From the NCBI GenBank assembly GCA_041650935.1, contig JBAZKH010000004.1:69040-133039 (forward strand): DNA of 64,000 nt, read 5' to 3'. The notes beneath the pieces are model-generated. The model ran no database searches, was not told where the DNA came from, and saw only the letters and a list, made by a program, of their open reading frames with translations. Origin of the DNA: Candidatus Omnitrophota bacterium. GTDB taxonomy: Bacteria; Omnitrophota; Gorgyraeia; 2-01-FULL-45-10. Both the position numbers and the translations under genes were made by a program. Shown here piece after piece: positions 47,538 to 57,032 of this stretch; positions within the stretch are counted from its first letter, which is position 1, and each line of letters begins with the position of its first letter.

Positions 47538-49040
47538 ATGGCCTTCGATTCTTATAAATACTTAATATTCCTGCCCTTGGTATTTGGTATATTCTACTTT
47601 TCACCGGACAGATTCCGCTGGCAGATCCTTCTATTGGCAAGTTTATTGTTTTATGCCTTTGTGCAGGCGCCATATCTGATCCTTGTATTGCTTGCCGTCA
47701 TAGCGGTTACCTATTTTTGCGGAATCCTGATCGAGAAGAGCAAGGTGCCGTCTCGCCGGAGATTGTTGTTCTGGGCCGGCATACTGGCAAACGTGCTTAT
47801 CCTGGGGTACCTTAAGTATGTGCCGTTCTTGGTCGACAACCTTAATCTGCTATTCCGTTTCTTATCTTTGGATATTTCGCTGGCACAAAGGCCGGGACTT
47901 GTTTTTGTCGGAGTCTCCTTTTACGTATTTCAGGCCATCTCTTACCTGGCCGATGTTTATCTGGAGACCGCTAAAGCCGAAAGGCACCCCGGCTATTTTG
48001 CCGTTTATATCGGTTTCTTCCCGAAACTGCTGCTTGGTCCTATCGAAAGGTGCGGGGACCTGATACACCAATTCCGCAAAAAATACGAATTCAATTATGA
48101 TAATATGCGCGTCGGGCTTTTAATGTGCGGGTGGGGGCTCTTCAAAAAATTGGTTATTGCGGATCAACTGCGTATATACATAGATAGTGTCTATGGTAAT
48201 GTATATGCGTGCACAGGGCCTCTTTTGATCATTGCGACCTATTTTTACGCCATACAGATTTACGCCGATTTTTCCGGGTATACCGATATCGCGATAGGGT
48301 CGGCCAAAATCTTCAATATAAATCTTACGCGGAATTTTAATGCCCCATACCTGGCTACGTCCATAGCGGATTTCTGGCGCCGCTGGCATGTCACATTTTA
48401 TCGCTGGCTGCTCGATTATATTTTTAGGCCTCTACAGATGGAATTCAGGACGATGAGAAATTGGGGTACGTTACTGGCGCTTTTTATCACATTATTAGTT
48501 TCGGGAATATGGCACGGCGCGGAATGGCATTTTATTGCCTGGGGTATATTATTCGGCCTTTACCTGGGCGCCGCCGTCTTTTACAAGCCGTTACAAAAAA
48601 AGATTTATTTAAAATTAGGGCTGGAAAAGACAGGAATTCAAAAAATATGGCAGACGTTAGTAACGTTTAACATGGTTTGCCTTGCCTGGATATTCTTCAG
48701 GGCGGAAAGCTGCAAAGAAGCTTTTTATGTGATCACGCATTTGCATACCGGCGTCAGGCAGTTATTGACGGGTGCGATGAGCAATATCACCATGTTCCAC
48801 AATCTGAAGCATTTGCTGCTGCCCATTACCCTTAATGACCCGGTAATGTTTTTGGGTTATCTGGCCGCCGCAGCTATTATCGTATTTGAACACGTGATAT
48901 GCCGGAAATATGGAGATTTTTCCGGGTGGATACTGGGAAAATCAAAATTGTTCCGATGGCTGGCGTACATAACCCTGGTGCTGGCAATCGTTAATTTCGG
49001 TAAAACCAGCGAAGTCCCATTTGTATATTTTAGTTTTTGA
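47538..49040 (+). CDS. MBOAT-family membrane-bound O-acyltransferase (DltB/AlgI-like)
   Basis: It has the typical N-terminus FDSYKYLIFLP..., the conserved FWRRWHVTFYRWLLDY His motif, and is 500 aa. Confidence 0.85.
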   Translation: MAFDSYKYLIFLPLVFGIFYFSPDRFRWQILLLASLLFYAFVQAPYLILVLLAVIAVTYFCGILIEKSKVPSRRRLLFWAGILANVLILGYLKYVPFLVDNLNLLFRFLSLDISLAQRPGLVFVGVSFYVFQAISYLADVYLETAKAERHPGYFAVYIGFFPKLLLGPIERCGDLIHQFRKKYEFNYDNMRVGLLMCGWGLFKKLVIADQLRIYIDSVYGNVYACTGPLLIIATYFYAIQIYADFSGYTDIAIGSAKIFNINLTRNFNAPYLATSIADFWRRWHVTFYRWLLDYIFRPLQMEFRTMRNWGTLLALFITLLVSGIWHGAEWHFIAWGILFGLYLGAAVFYKPLQKKIYLKLGLEKTGIQKIWQTLVTFNMVCLAWIFFRAESCKEAFYVITHLHTGVRQLLTGAMSNITMFHNLKHLLLPITLNDPVMFLGYLAAAAIIVFEHVICRKYGDFSGWILGKSKLFRWLAYITLVLAIVNFGKTSEVPFVYFSF

Positions 49041-49058
49041 AGATTCGGAAGCTATGCT

Positions 49059-50027
49059 ATGAAAACGATGCTTGGTAAAATATCGGTCTTATTGGTCATA
49101 GTCGTGTTTTTAGAGATCGGTTTGACGATTTTTTTGAAAACTCCCGGTGAAATAAAAGAATTAAACGAATGCTTGAAACGTAAAGCCGATGTTATTTATT
49201 TTGGCGACAGCACTATATCGAATTCGGCAAAAGATGACAGCGATAAACGATCGATCGTCTCGATGCTCCAGGATCAGTTGCCTCAGCTTAAAATTTGCTG
49301 CATCCAGGGAAGTTCTTATAATATGGATGTATATCTCTCGTTCTGCAGATATATCCTGAAGCAGAAATACCGGCCTAAGGTGCTTATTATACCTATCAAT
49401 ATGCGGTCATTCTCTCCCGAATGGGACATGAGGCCGGAGTATCAATTCGAAAAACTGAAAGTATTTTTAGACGGCAGTATTTTTTTAAAAATTTTATACA
49501 GGCCGTTATCGGTGTTAAAATGCAACTTATACGGGGTCAGGCAGGATCAGTTTAAAAATACGCCGGTTTTTAATGGAGATATGCCGGTGGGGCGGGTAAA
49601 GGATTTTGAGCAAAGTATCTATGGGGGTTGCAAAGACTATTCCGCTGCCGGCGCCAGAAAAGTATTTTTATACCTGTATATGTATTCTTTGAAAGAGCGG
49701 CACAGGAAGATACAGTCTATGCTTGGCATTGCAAAAATAATGAAACAGAGCGGTACGAAGGTTATATTTTATATAACCCCCATCGATTATGAAACAGGCG
49801 AAAAATATTTGCCTGCGCAATTTTTGAAAAGGCTGGATTCTAATACGCGGTTGATAGCTTCGCTGCTGTCAATCGAGGGCGTAGATCTTTTGGATATTTC
49901 GAAAGGTCTGGGGGCGGCATCGTTCAATTACCCTTTTCCGTGTATAAGCGAACATATGAACGAAAGCGGAAGAAGATATGTTGCGCAAAGACTGGCGGAT
50001 GAAATAGAAAAAATCTCATGTTTTTGA
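49059..50027 (+). CDS. SGNH/GDSL-like membrane-anchored protein (DltD/AlgJ-like candidate)
   Basis: It has an N-terminal TM helix and a block-I-like YFGDSTISN motif. Confidence 0.55.
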   Translation: MKTMLGKISVLLVIVVFLEIGLTIFLKTPGEIKELNECLKRKADVIYFGDSTISNSAKDDSDKRSIVSMLQDQLPQLKICCIQGSSYNMDVYLSFCRYILKQKYRPKVLIIPINMRSFSPEWDMRPEYQFEKLKVFLDGSIFLKILYRPLSVLKCNLYGVRQDQFKNTPVFNGDMPVGRVKDFEQSIYGGCKDYSAAGARKVFLYLYMYSLKERHRKIQSMLGIAKIMKQSGTKVIFYITPIDYETGEKYLPAQFLKRLDSNTRLIASLLSIEGVDLLDISKGLGAASFNYPFPCISEHMNESGRRYVAQRLADEIEKISCF

Positions 50028-50214
50028 TTCTCAAGCGGTACAGGTTGAATATCATTGCTACCAGTATGTAAAAGAGTATAATATTAGCCGGGTGACTCAC
50101 AAAGGAGGCCCTTTGATGAGACAGGGCAAAGCTATAAGCAGGCAAATATTGAACCCAGGGATTCTGCGGTAATTCAACAGATCCCGGGTTTTTGTTTTTA
50201 AAGAGGGTTTAAAA

Positions 50215-50841
50215 ATGGAAGATAAAACCAGGGAAGAACTTAACGAAAAGATGCGGCTATTACAAAAGAGGATAGCGGAGCTTGAGAAATTCAGAATTTT
50301 GTTCGAATCGTCACGGGACGCGATTATGATTACGGAGCCGCCCTTATGGAGATTCACATCCTGCAATCCAGCGGCTGTTCGATTATTCGGCGCTAAGGAT
50401 GAGGTGGAATTTATTTCTAAAGGACCGGCGGAGGCATCGCCGGAATTCCAGCCGGATGGGGCTAGTTCTTCCGATAAGTCAAAAAGGATGATCCAAAAGG
50501 CGATGGATGAAGGAGTGAATTTTTTCGAATGGACGCATAGACGATTTGACGAAAGCGAGTTTTTCGCAACCGTCCTTTTAACCAGGGTTGAAATCGAAAA
50601 AGGTAAACCTTTTTTGCAGGCGACCGTGCGCGATATTACCGAGCTTAAGCGTATTGAGAAAGAGCTTAAAGCGGCCCATACCGAGCTGGAGAATAAGGTT
50701 CAGGAAAGGACCAGGGAATTGCGGGAGAGGGTCGAGGAACTGGAGCGTTTCAGAAAAGCAACTATCGAGCGTGAATTCAGGATGAAGGAATTGCGCCAGG
50801 AGATAGAGCGGTTAAAAAATAAAACGGGCAAAAATGGATAA
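50215..50841 (+). CDS. Stand-alone PAS domain protein with coiled-coil ends
   Basis: The PAS core is FESSRDAIMITEP...FTSCNPAAVRLFG. There is no kinase domain. Confidence 0.6.
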   Translation: MEDKTREELNEKMRLLQKRIAELEKFRILFESSRDAIMITEPPLWRFTSCNPAAVRLFGAKDEVEFISKGPAEASPEFQPDGASSSDKSKRMIQKAMDEGVNFFEWTHRRFDESEFFATVLLTRVEIEKGKPFLQATVRDITELKRIEKELKAAHTELENKVQERTRELRERVEELERFRKATIEREFRMKELRQEIERLKNKTGKNG

Positions 50842-52558
50842 TAATATTAACCAATCATCGATTATAAGAAAAACCTCATTAAAGAAAAAAATGTATTTTT
50901 TTGTCATGATTTATATGGCTGCGATAGTATCCATTGCGTTCTTGGCAAAATTCGGAATGGATAATTTGTCGGCTTTGAGGGCTTATGTGGGAGGTAACAC
51001 GCTATGGGCAAGCGCGCAGAAAGACGCATCCTATAATATATCGCAATACATTTTTACCCGCGATGAAAAAAACTATCAGGAATTCCGTAGATTACTTAAT
51101 ATCCCTTTAGGCGATAAAAAGGTCCGGCTGGAGTTAGATAAGCCAAAGCCCAATCTGGATATTGTCGCCCAGGGTTCTCTGGAAGGGCTTAATTCTCCTA
51201 AAGATATAAAGCGCGCGGCAGATTTCTTCAGGCGATTTCGTAAGACTTACTATATGGATAGAGTCGTAAAAATTTGGGTAGAAGGGGATTCCCTTATCGC
51301 GGAACTGGAAAAGGCGGGTTCCGAGTTACATCTCCTATATCCTTCTCCCGGGGCTTCTTCAGAAAAATCATATCTGGAGTCGGTGGAACGAATTCGTAAC
51401 CGCATTGAAATAATTAATGAAAAATTGCACATTGTAGAAAATAATTTTTCTTATACCCTGGGCGAGGCTTCCCGCTGGGCGACAAACGTTTTCGCAAGAA
51501 TTATGTTTTTAGGCGTCCTTATTATCATTTTGTTCGGGTTGCTGGGAGTGTATTTTATTGTAAGGGATATCGTCAGGCGTCTCGAGGCGCTTGTCCTGGT
51601 ATCGAAGAAGGTAGGCGCGGGAGATTTTTCTGTCAGGGCGAATACCTCGGTGGGAGACGAGATCGGCAGTCTTGCCGATTCTTTTAATCATATGACGGAT
51701 AGCCTGGATAAATCCAATAAAGAGGTACTAAAAAAGACCGAAGACCTGGAGGGGGAGCGGCAAAATCTGGAACAGAGAGTGAAGGAAAGAACCGCGGAGT
51801 TGACCAAGAGTCAGACGGCAATGCTTTATATGGTCGAGGACTTAAATAATCAGGCGAAGGAATTAAAGGATGCGCAGGACAGGATTATCCGTTCTGAGAA
51901 AATGGCAGTGGTCGGACAACTTGCTTCCAGCGTAGCGCATGAGCTCAGGAATCCTTTGGGCGTAATGAAAAATGCCGTCTATTATCTGAATATGCTGGGA
52001 CTGGGAAAGGATAATTCCGATATCAAAGAAAACCTGGAGATTATTTCCAAAGAGATAGATAATTCAGACAAGGTAATCAGCGATCTCTTGGAATTTAGCC
52101 GTATTAAACAGCCGGCTTTAAGATCGGAAGATATAAATCTAATTATTAAAGAGGCGTTAAATAGAGTAAAAGCGTCTGCCGGTATAGAGGTGGTTACGGA
52201 GTTGAGTAAAGATCTGCCGCAGGTGCGGGTGGATGCCCTGCAGATGCAGCAGGTCTTTTACAATTTAGCTCAAAATGCGATACAGGCGATGGAGAAGGGA
52301 GGGGGGTTAACCGTCTCGTCATGCGTGACACATGACAAAAATATTGCCATTGTTTTCAAGGATACCGGTTGCGGTATTCCAAAGGAAAATTTACGGAAGA
52401 TATTTGAGCCGCTTTTTTCTACAAAGATAAAAGGCACGGGCCTGGGCCTTTCGGTAGTTGCCTCATTAGTGGAAGGTCATGGCGGTAAGTTAGAAGTAGA
52501 GAGTGAGATAGGCAAGGGGAGTCTCTTTACGGTGAAATTGCCGGTTAAAATGGAGTAA
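50834..52558 (+). CDS. Sensor histidine kinase with periplasmic domain, HAMP, coiled coil, HisKA and HATPase
   Basis: It has two TM helices, a HAMP domain, the H-box SVAHELRNPLG, and GTGLGLSVV. Confidence 0.8.
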   Translation: MDNNINQSSIIRKTSLKKKMYFFVMIYMAAIVSIAFLAKFGMDNLSALRAYVGGNTLWASAQKDASYNISQYIFTRDEKNYQEFRRLLNIPLGDKKVRLELDKPKPNLDIVAQGSLEGLNSPKDIKRAADFFRRFRKTYYMDRVVKIWVEGDSLIAELEKAGSELHLLYPSPGASSEKSYLESVERIRNRIEIINEKLHIVENNFSYTLGEASRWATNVFARIMFLGVLIIILFGLLGVYFIVRDIVRRLEALVLVSKKVGAGDFSVRANTSVGDEIGSLADSFNHMTDSLDKSNKEVLKKTEDLEGERQNLEQRVKERTAELTKSQTAMLYMVEDLNNQAKELKDAQDRIIRSEKMAVVGQLASSVAHELRNPLGVMKNAVYYLNMLGLGKDNSDIKENLEIISKEIDNSDKVISDLLEFSRIKQPALRSEDINLIIKEALNRVKASAGIEVVTELSKDLPQVRVDALQMQQVFYNLAQNAIQAMEKGGGLTVSSCVTHDKNIAIVFKDTGCGIPKENLRKIFEPLFSTKIKGTGLGLSVVASLVEGHGGKLEVESEIGKGSLFTVKLPVKME

Positions 52559-52561
52559 AAA

Positions 52562-53302
52562 ATGCCAAACCAAACAAGTGTATTAATTGTGGATGATGAT
52601 GCTAACTTTTGTAATACCCTGGCCAAGGTTTTAAAAAAGAAGGGTTACATTACCACTACTGCGGAAAATGGCCAGCGCGCTGTTGATCTGGTTAAAGAAA
52701 GGTCGTTTGACGCAATACTTATGGATGTTAAAATGCCGGTAATGGACGGCGTGGAAGCGTATAAAAAAATAAGGCAAATTCGTAAATCCGAAGTTGTAAT
52801 TTTCATGACAGCGTTTTCTATCGAGGATTTAATTAAAGAAACGGTAAGGGACGGGGCTTACGCTATGGTAAAGAAGCCTTTTGATATCGATACTGTGGTA
52901 AATATGATTGAAAAATCCAAAAAGGGTGTTTTGCTGGCCATAGTTGACGACGACCCGAACGCGGGAAAGGCGATGAAGAGCGTCCTGGAAAGAAAAGGTT
53001 ACAGCATAACCACTTGCCTGACCGGTGAGGAGGCAATCGCTCTGGCTAAAGACCGTCCGCGCGATATATTTTTTATTGATATGAAGCTTCCGGTTTTAAA
53101 TGGGCTTGAGACATATCTAAAAATCCGCAAAGTAAACCCTGAGGCGGTGGTAGTGATGATGACCGGCTATCGGCAGGAGATGGAAGAGATGGTAAAGCAG
53201 GCAATGGAAAAAGGCGCCTATTCTTGTCTTTATAAGCCGTTCAATATGGATGAGGCGATTAAGATAATCGAGGAAATATTCGATAAGAAAAATCCGAAAT
53301 GA
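52562..53302 (+). CDS. Response regulator with two tandem receiver domains
   Basis: It has two REC-like blocks (VLIVDDD...DVKMP and LAIVDDD...DMKLP). Confidence 0.8.
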   Translation: MPNQTSVLIVDDDANFCNTLAKVLKKKGYITTTAENGQRAVDLVKERSFDAILMDVKMPVMDGVEAYKKIRQIRKSEVVIFMTAFSIEDLIKETVRDGAYAMVKKPFDIDTVVNMIEKSKKGVLLAIVDDDPNAGKAMKSVLERKGYSITTCLTGEEAIALAKDRPRDIFFIDMKLPVLNGLETYLKIRKVNPEAVVVMMTGYRQEMEEMVKQAMEKGAYSCLYKPFNMDEAIKIIEEIFDKKNPK

Positions 53303-54447
53303 ATATACTTATAATAGATGATGACCCTGACGCCCGCAGGACTCTAGGCAAAATCCTGAATGCCAAAGGTTTTGAAATCGAGGAAGCCGGCACCGGCGCG
53401 GAAGCAATACGTTCCTGCGGTGGAAAATTCTTTAATCTTGCCCTCATCGATGTGCGGCTTCCGGATACAAGCGGATTGGAAGTGCTTAAAGCCGTGCACG
53501 GTATTAACGAAGATACCATAGCTATAATGATGACCGGTTATGCCTCCCTGGATTCTTCCATCGAGGCTATGAACAAAGGGGCGTATTCCTACATAACCAA
53601 GCCGGTGAATATGGACGCGGTCCTGGTAGTCATAGAGAAGGGTCTTGAAAAACAGCGGTTGTCGATGGAGAATAAACGCCTGATGCAGGAGCTTAAAGCG
53701 GCCAATGAAAAACTAAAAGAACTGGATAAACGTAAATCCGCCTTTGTGGCAAATGTTTCCCATGAATTCAAAAATCCTTTAGCGGTGATCAAAGAGGATG
53801 TAGGTATAATTATCGACGGACTTGCGGGAGATACGAGCCCTGAACAGAAGAAATTTCTTTCTGCCGCCAAAAGGAATGTCGAGCGGCTGATAAGGCTTGT
53901 CACGGATTTGCTGGATATTTCTAAGATTGAGGCGGGCAAGATGGAAATGCGCATGGAAAATTTCGACGTGATTGTTTTAATAAACGAGATACTGGCTAAT
54001 TATAAAAGAGAACTGGAAAAAAAAGATATTTCTCTTAAGCAGGATATCCAAAAGGATGCGGGCGCAGTCTGGGCTGACCGGGATAAGATAAGCGAAGTAG
54101 TGATCAATCTTCTTAATAATGCTGTAAAATATACCCCTTCGGGCGGAGAGGTCGGTATAAAACTTATCGGCAATGAGAATGAGGTATGTTTTGAAGTTTC
54201 CGACACCGGTCCGGGTATACCCGAAGAGTATAAAGATAAGATTTTCGACAAGTTTGAACGTATTACTGCAGAGAAGATAGAGGGCACCGGACTTGGTTTG
54301 CCGATAGCAAAAGATATCGTCGAGTTACATAAGGGCCGGATCAGGGTGGAGAGTCCGGCATGGAAAGACTTGCCTGCCGGAAGGCAGGGAAGCAGATTTA
54401 TCTTTGTCCTGCCCAGGGATCTTAAGAAGCGAGAATACGTAAAATAA
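53299..54447 (+). CDS. Hybrid receiver-histidine kinase (REC + HisKA + HATPase)
   Basis: It has the REC block ILIIDDD...DVRLPD, the H-box SHEFKNPLA, and GTGLGLPIAK. Confidence 0.8.
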   Translation: MNILIIDDDPDARRTLGKILNAKGFEIEEAGTGAEAIRSCGGKFFNLALIDVRLPDTSGLEVLKAVHGINEDTIAIMMTGYASLDSSIEAMNKGAYSYITKPVNMDAVLVVIEKGLEKQRLSMENKRLMQELKAANEKLKELDKRKSAFVANVSHEFKNPLAVIKEDVGIIIDGLAGDTSPEQKKFLSAAKRNVERLIRLVTDLLDISKIEAGKMEMRMENFDVIVLINEILANYKRELEKKDISLKQDIQKDAGAVWADRDKISEVVINLLNNAVKYTPSGGEVGIKLIGNENEVCFEVSDTGPGIPEEYKDKIFDKFERITAEKIEGTGLGLPIAKDIVELHKGRIRVESPAWKDLPAGRQGSRFIFVLPRDLKKREYVK

Positions 54448-54480
54448 TCTAGATTTTTGTACCGTTTGGGGAATTAACCT

Positions 54481-54909
54481 TCAAAGTGTCCTCAAATCTG
54501 AAATTAAACCTGTCCCCGCAAGCGCTTCTTTCTGACTATCTACAGTTATTACATCAAGTATAGATTTATCGGTTAATAAGCATCTTTCTTTATAGCTGCT
54601 CCATTGGTAATCCAACGGATCTTCTACTAAATTTGCCCTCACCGGGTTACACTCAATATAAGTTGCGCAGTTTATTAAATAACGACCCTTTATTATAGGT
54701 TTACTTTTAAATCTACCTTGCCATAGATGTCCAACCTTTTCGTATTTTGCGTTAAAATAAGCGGTATAACCGCGATTTACCCAATGCATACATTTAGACA
54801 TTCCATGCACGTCTTTTGGTTCTATTAGCAAATGCACATGGTTTGGCATGAGACAATAGGCATACAGAGCAACGGAATATTTTTTTAACGCTTTCTTCAA
54901 CATTCTCAA
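54481..54909 (-). mobile_element. IS200/IS605-family (Y1 HUH) transposase / REP-associated tyrosine transposase-like, N-terminally truncated
   Basis: It has the YCLMPNHVHLL HUH motif, HLWQGRF and a TYIECNP Tyr region. The in-frame upstream sequence retains …IIFNNDDDFRNYL, but a stop occurs before any start and the usual N-terminal ~30 aa are absent. Confidence 0.65.
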
Positions 54910-55153
54910 ATAGTTACGGAAATCATCGTCGTTATTGAAAATAATTTGTTTAATCTTAAAGAACGGGACGCTTTACATCGTGAAATCGCAAACGGTACAA
55001 AGACAACATTTTATGAAGAAGGTGTACATAAAAACATTCGGATGGGCGATGGTGTAAGTGGCGCGTGACGATTTTGGGGATAATAAAGAGGGTAACTGAC
55101 TATCCTGCCGAGAGTTATAAAAAGTAGAGTGTAATTTCAAAGAGTGAATTTAT

Positions 55154-55182
55154 AGTTGACATCTTCTTGATAGATGTCAACT
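55154..55182 (+). promoter_or_regulatory. 11-bp inverted repeat (AGTTGACATCT-N7-AGATGTCAACT), candidate operator upstream of the ATPase gene
   Basis: It is a perfect dyad lying just 5' of the predicted promoter. Confidence 0.5.
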
Positions 55183-55196
55183 TTGGTTTTAAAGAC

Positions 55197-55225
55197 TTGA
55201 CAATTTAACTAAAATGGTATATACT
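55197..55225 (+). promoter_or_regulatory. Sigma70-like promoter TTGACA-17-TATACT
   Basis: It gives a canonical hexamer pattern with 17-nt spacing, about 35 nt before the start at 55261. Confidence 0.5.
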
Positions 55226-55260
55226 CCTAATTAGTCATACCAATATGGAGGACTATCCAA

Positions 55261-56424
55261 GTGAAGAATATAACAAGAATGCTTGATATGAAGCTGCCTG
55301 ATAAACAGTCCGCTTTTTTATGGGGAGCCAGAAAAACAGGTAAGAGCACATACCTGAGAGAAAAGTTTCCGGATAGTATTGTATATGATTTTTTGAAAAC
55401 CGACGTATTTTTTGAGTTGTCAAAAAACCCATCGCTTTTAAGGGAGCAGTTGCTGTCGAAAGAAGCGGCAGAGCTTAAAAAGCCCATAATACTGGATGAA
55501 GTGCAAAAAGTACCTCAGTTACTTGACGAAGTGCATTGGCTTATAGAAAACAAGGGCTTGAGGTTTGTGCTTTGCGGTTCAAGCGCAAGAAAACTTAAGA
55601 AAGGGCACGCAAATCTATTGGGCGGCAGAGCGTGGCGGTATGAATTATTCCCGCTTGTTAGCCATGAAACAGGAAAGATTGATTTGCTGCATGTCCTAAA
55701 TCACGGTATGATACCTCCTCATTATTTACAGAATGACGAAGATTGTAAAAAATCATTGGCGGCATATGTGCAGGATTATTTACGGGAAGAAGTGTTTGCG
55801 GAAGGGTTAACGCGCAATATTCCCGCGTTCTCAAGATTTTTTGACGCTTTTGGATATTCCCATGGGGAAATGACAAATTATTGCAATATAGCCCGTGAAT
55901 GCGGCGTTGATTCAAAGACAGTTAAGGAATACTATCAGATACTTATAGATACGCTCTTGGCTGTTAGGGTAGAGCCCTATAAGAAGAGGCAATCGCGCCA
56001 GGTTATAACGAAGGCATCTAAGTATTACATGTTTGATGTCGGAGTCGCGGGTTTTCTAACCAAAAGGCACATAGCCGAACAAAAGGGCGAGGAATTCGGA
56101 AAGGCATTCGAACATTTCTTGCTTATGGAGATAATTGCTTACAAGTCTTACGCAGGTAAGGATTTTTCTGTAAACTTCTGGAGAACAAAATCGGGGATTG
56201 AGGTCGATTTCGTGCTGGGTAAGGGTGAAGTGGCAATAGAGATAAAAGGGTCAAGCCATGTTAATAAAAGAGATATATACGGGTTGAATGCTTTCACTGA
56301 AGCATTTTCGCCAAAGAAAAGCATTCTTGTCTGTAACGAAAAAGAAAAAAGAATACATGGTAAGATAGCGATAATTCCATGGGAAGTATTTTTGCATGAA
56401 CTATGGGCCGGAAAGATATTGTAA
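55261..56424 (+). CDS. AAA_14/DUF4143-family ATPase (GTG start)
   Basis: It has the Walker A motif GARKTGKST, a Walker B ILDEVQ and a C-terminal DUF4143-like region. It is 387 aa. Confidence 0.75.
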   Translation: MKNITRMLDMKLPDKQSAFLWGARKTGKSTYLREKFPDSIVYDFLKTDVFFELSKNPSLLREQLLSKEAAELKKPIILDEVQKVPQLLDEVHWLIENKGLRFVLCGSSARKLKKGHANLLGGRAWRYELFPLVSHETGKIDLLHVLNHGMIPPHYLQNDEDCKKSLAAYVQDYLREEVFAEGLTRNIPAFSRFFDAFGYSHGEMTNYCNIARECGVDSKTVKEYYQILIDTLLAVRVEPYKKRQSRQVITKASKYYMFDVGVAGFLTKRHIAEQKGEEFGKAFEHFLLMEIIAYKSYAGKDFSVNFWRTKSGIEVDFVLGKGEVAIEIKGSSHVNKRDIYGLNAFTEAFSPKKSILVCNEKEKRIHGKIAIIPWEVFLHELWAGKIL

Positions 56425-56581
56425 GATGGTGGCAGTTGCGCTGCGCATTTTAGTTTCAATCGCTGCCATACTCGTTCCTTTGGTTTTTCTTTTTAAAGGA
56501 ATATTTGGCTCTTTTATATTTACTTTCTCTACACCCCTGATCTGGCAGTTTGGTTTTTTGGGAAAACCAATCAGTTCGTTA

Positions 56582-56712
56582 GCAAGTAGCTGACGTTTAA
56601 ACGTCAGCTACCCTGTGGATAACTACGAATAGAGGATGAAATGGTTGAAAGTGAGCGAAAAGGAGCCAAAAATCCGAAGAAGCCAAGTGTATTTTTGCGA
56701 ACCTTCGGATGA
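56582..56712 (+). repeat. Repeat unit Z, copy 1. It contains the 26-bp perfect palindrome GTAGCTGACGTTTAAACGTCAGCTAC (56586-56611)
   Basis: It is 118 bp and identical to 58550-58667, apart from one mismatch. Confidence 0.8.
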
Positions 56713-56953
56713 CCGCTGGTTACAGTGGCTCGGGATGGTATTGGAGGTACTAAAGAGGATAAGTGCTTTGGAATAAATGGGTTATATAATCCCCTCAATA
56801 TCCTCACTAGTAAACTCTGTTCCGTAATTATTATCATACAAAAGTCATTAATTATGGTAAATCGTTAGGTAAGGGTAGCTTAACAATATGTCGCAAAAAG
56901 TATGCGCTTTTTGCGACACTATATTTTTATTGACGCTAAGTCGATTTATGGTA

Positions 56954-57013
56954 AAATGTCCATTAATAGAAAATGTCTACTAAATAGTGGACATTTAGAA
57001 GAGATGGACATTT
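56954..57013 (+). promoter_or_regulatory. Inverted repeats AAATGTCCAT / ATGGACATTT (x2-3) upstream of AbiEi-like gene 1; candidate autoregulatory operator
   Basis: AAATGTCCATT, AAATGTCTA, GTGGACATTT and ATGGACATTT all fall within the 60 nt before the RBS GGGGG. Confidence 0.45.
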
Positions 57014-57032
57014 ATTAAAGGGGGTAACTATA

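Noticed and set aside
56396-56593. 65-aa ORF overlapping the end of the ATPase gene and running into repeat Z.
   Set aside because: It overlaps a confident gene in another frame and terminates exactly at the palindrome. It is more likely a by-product of the insertion junction than a gene.
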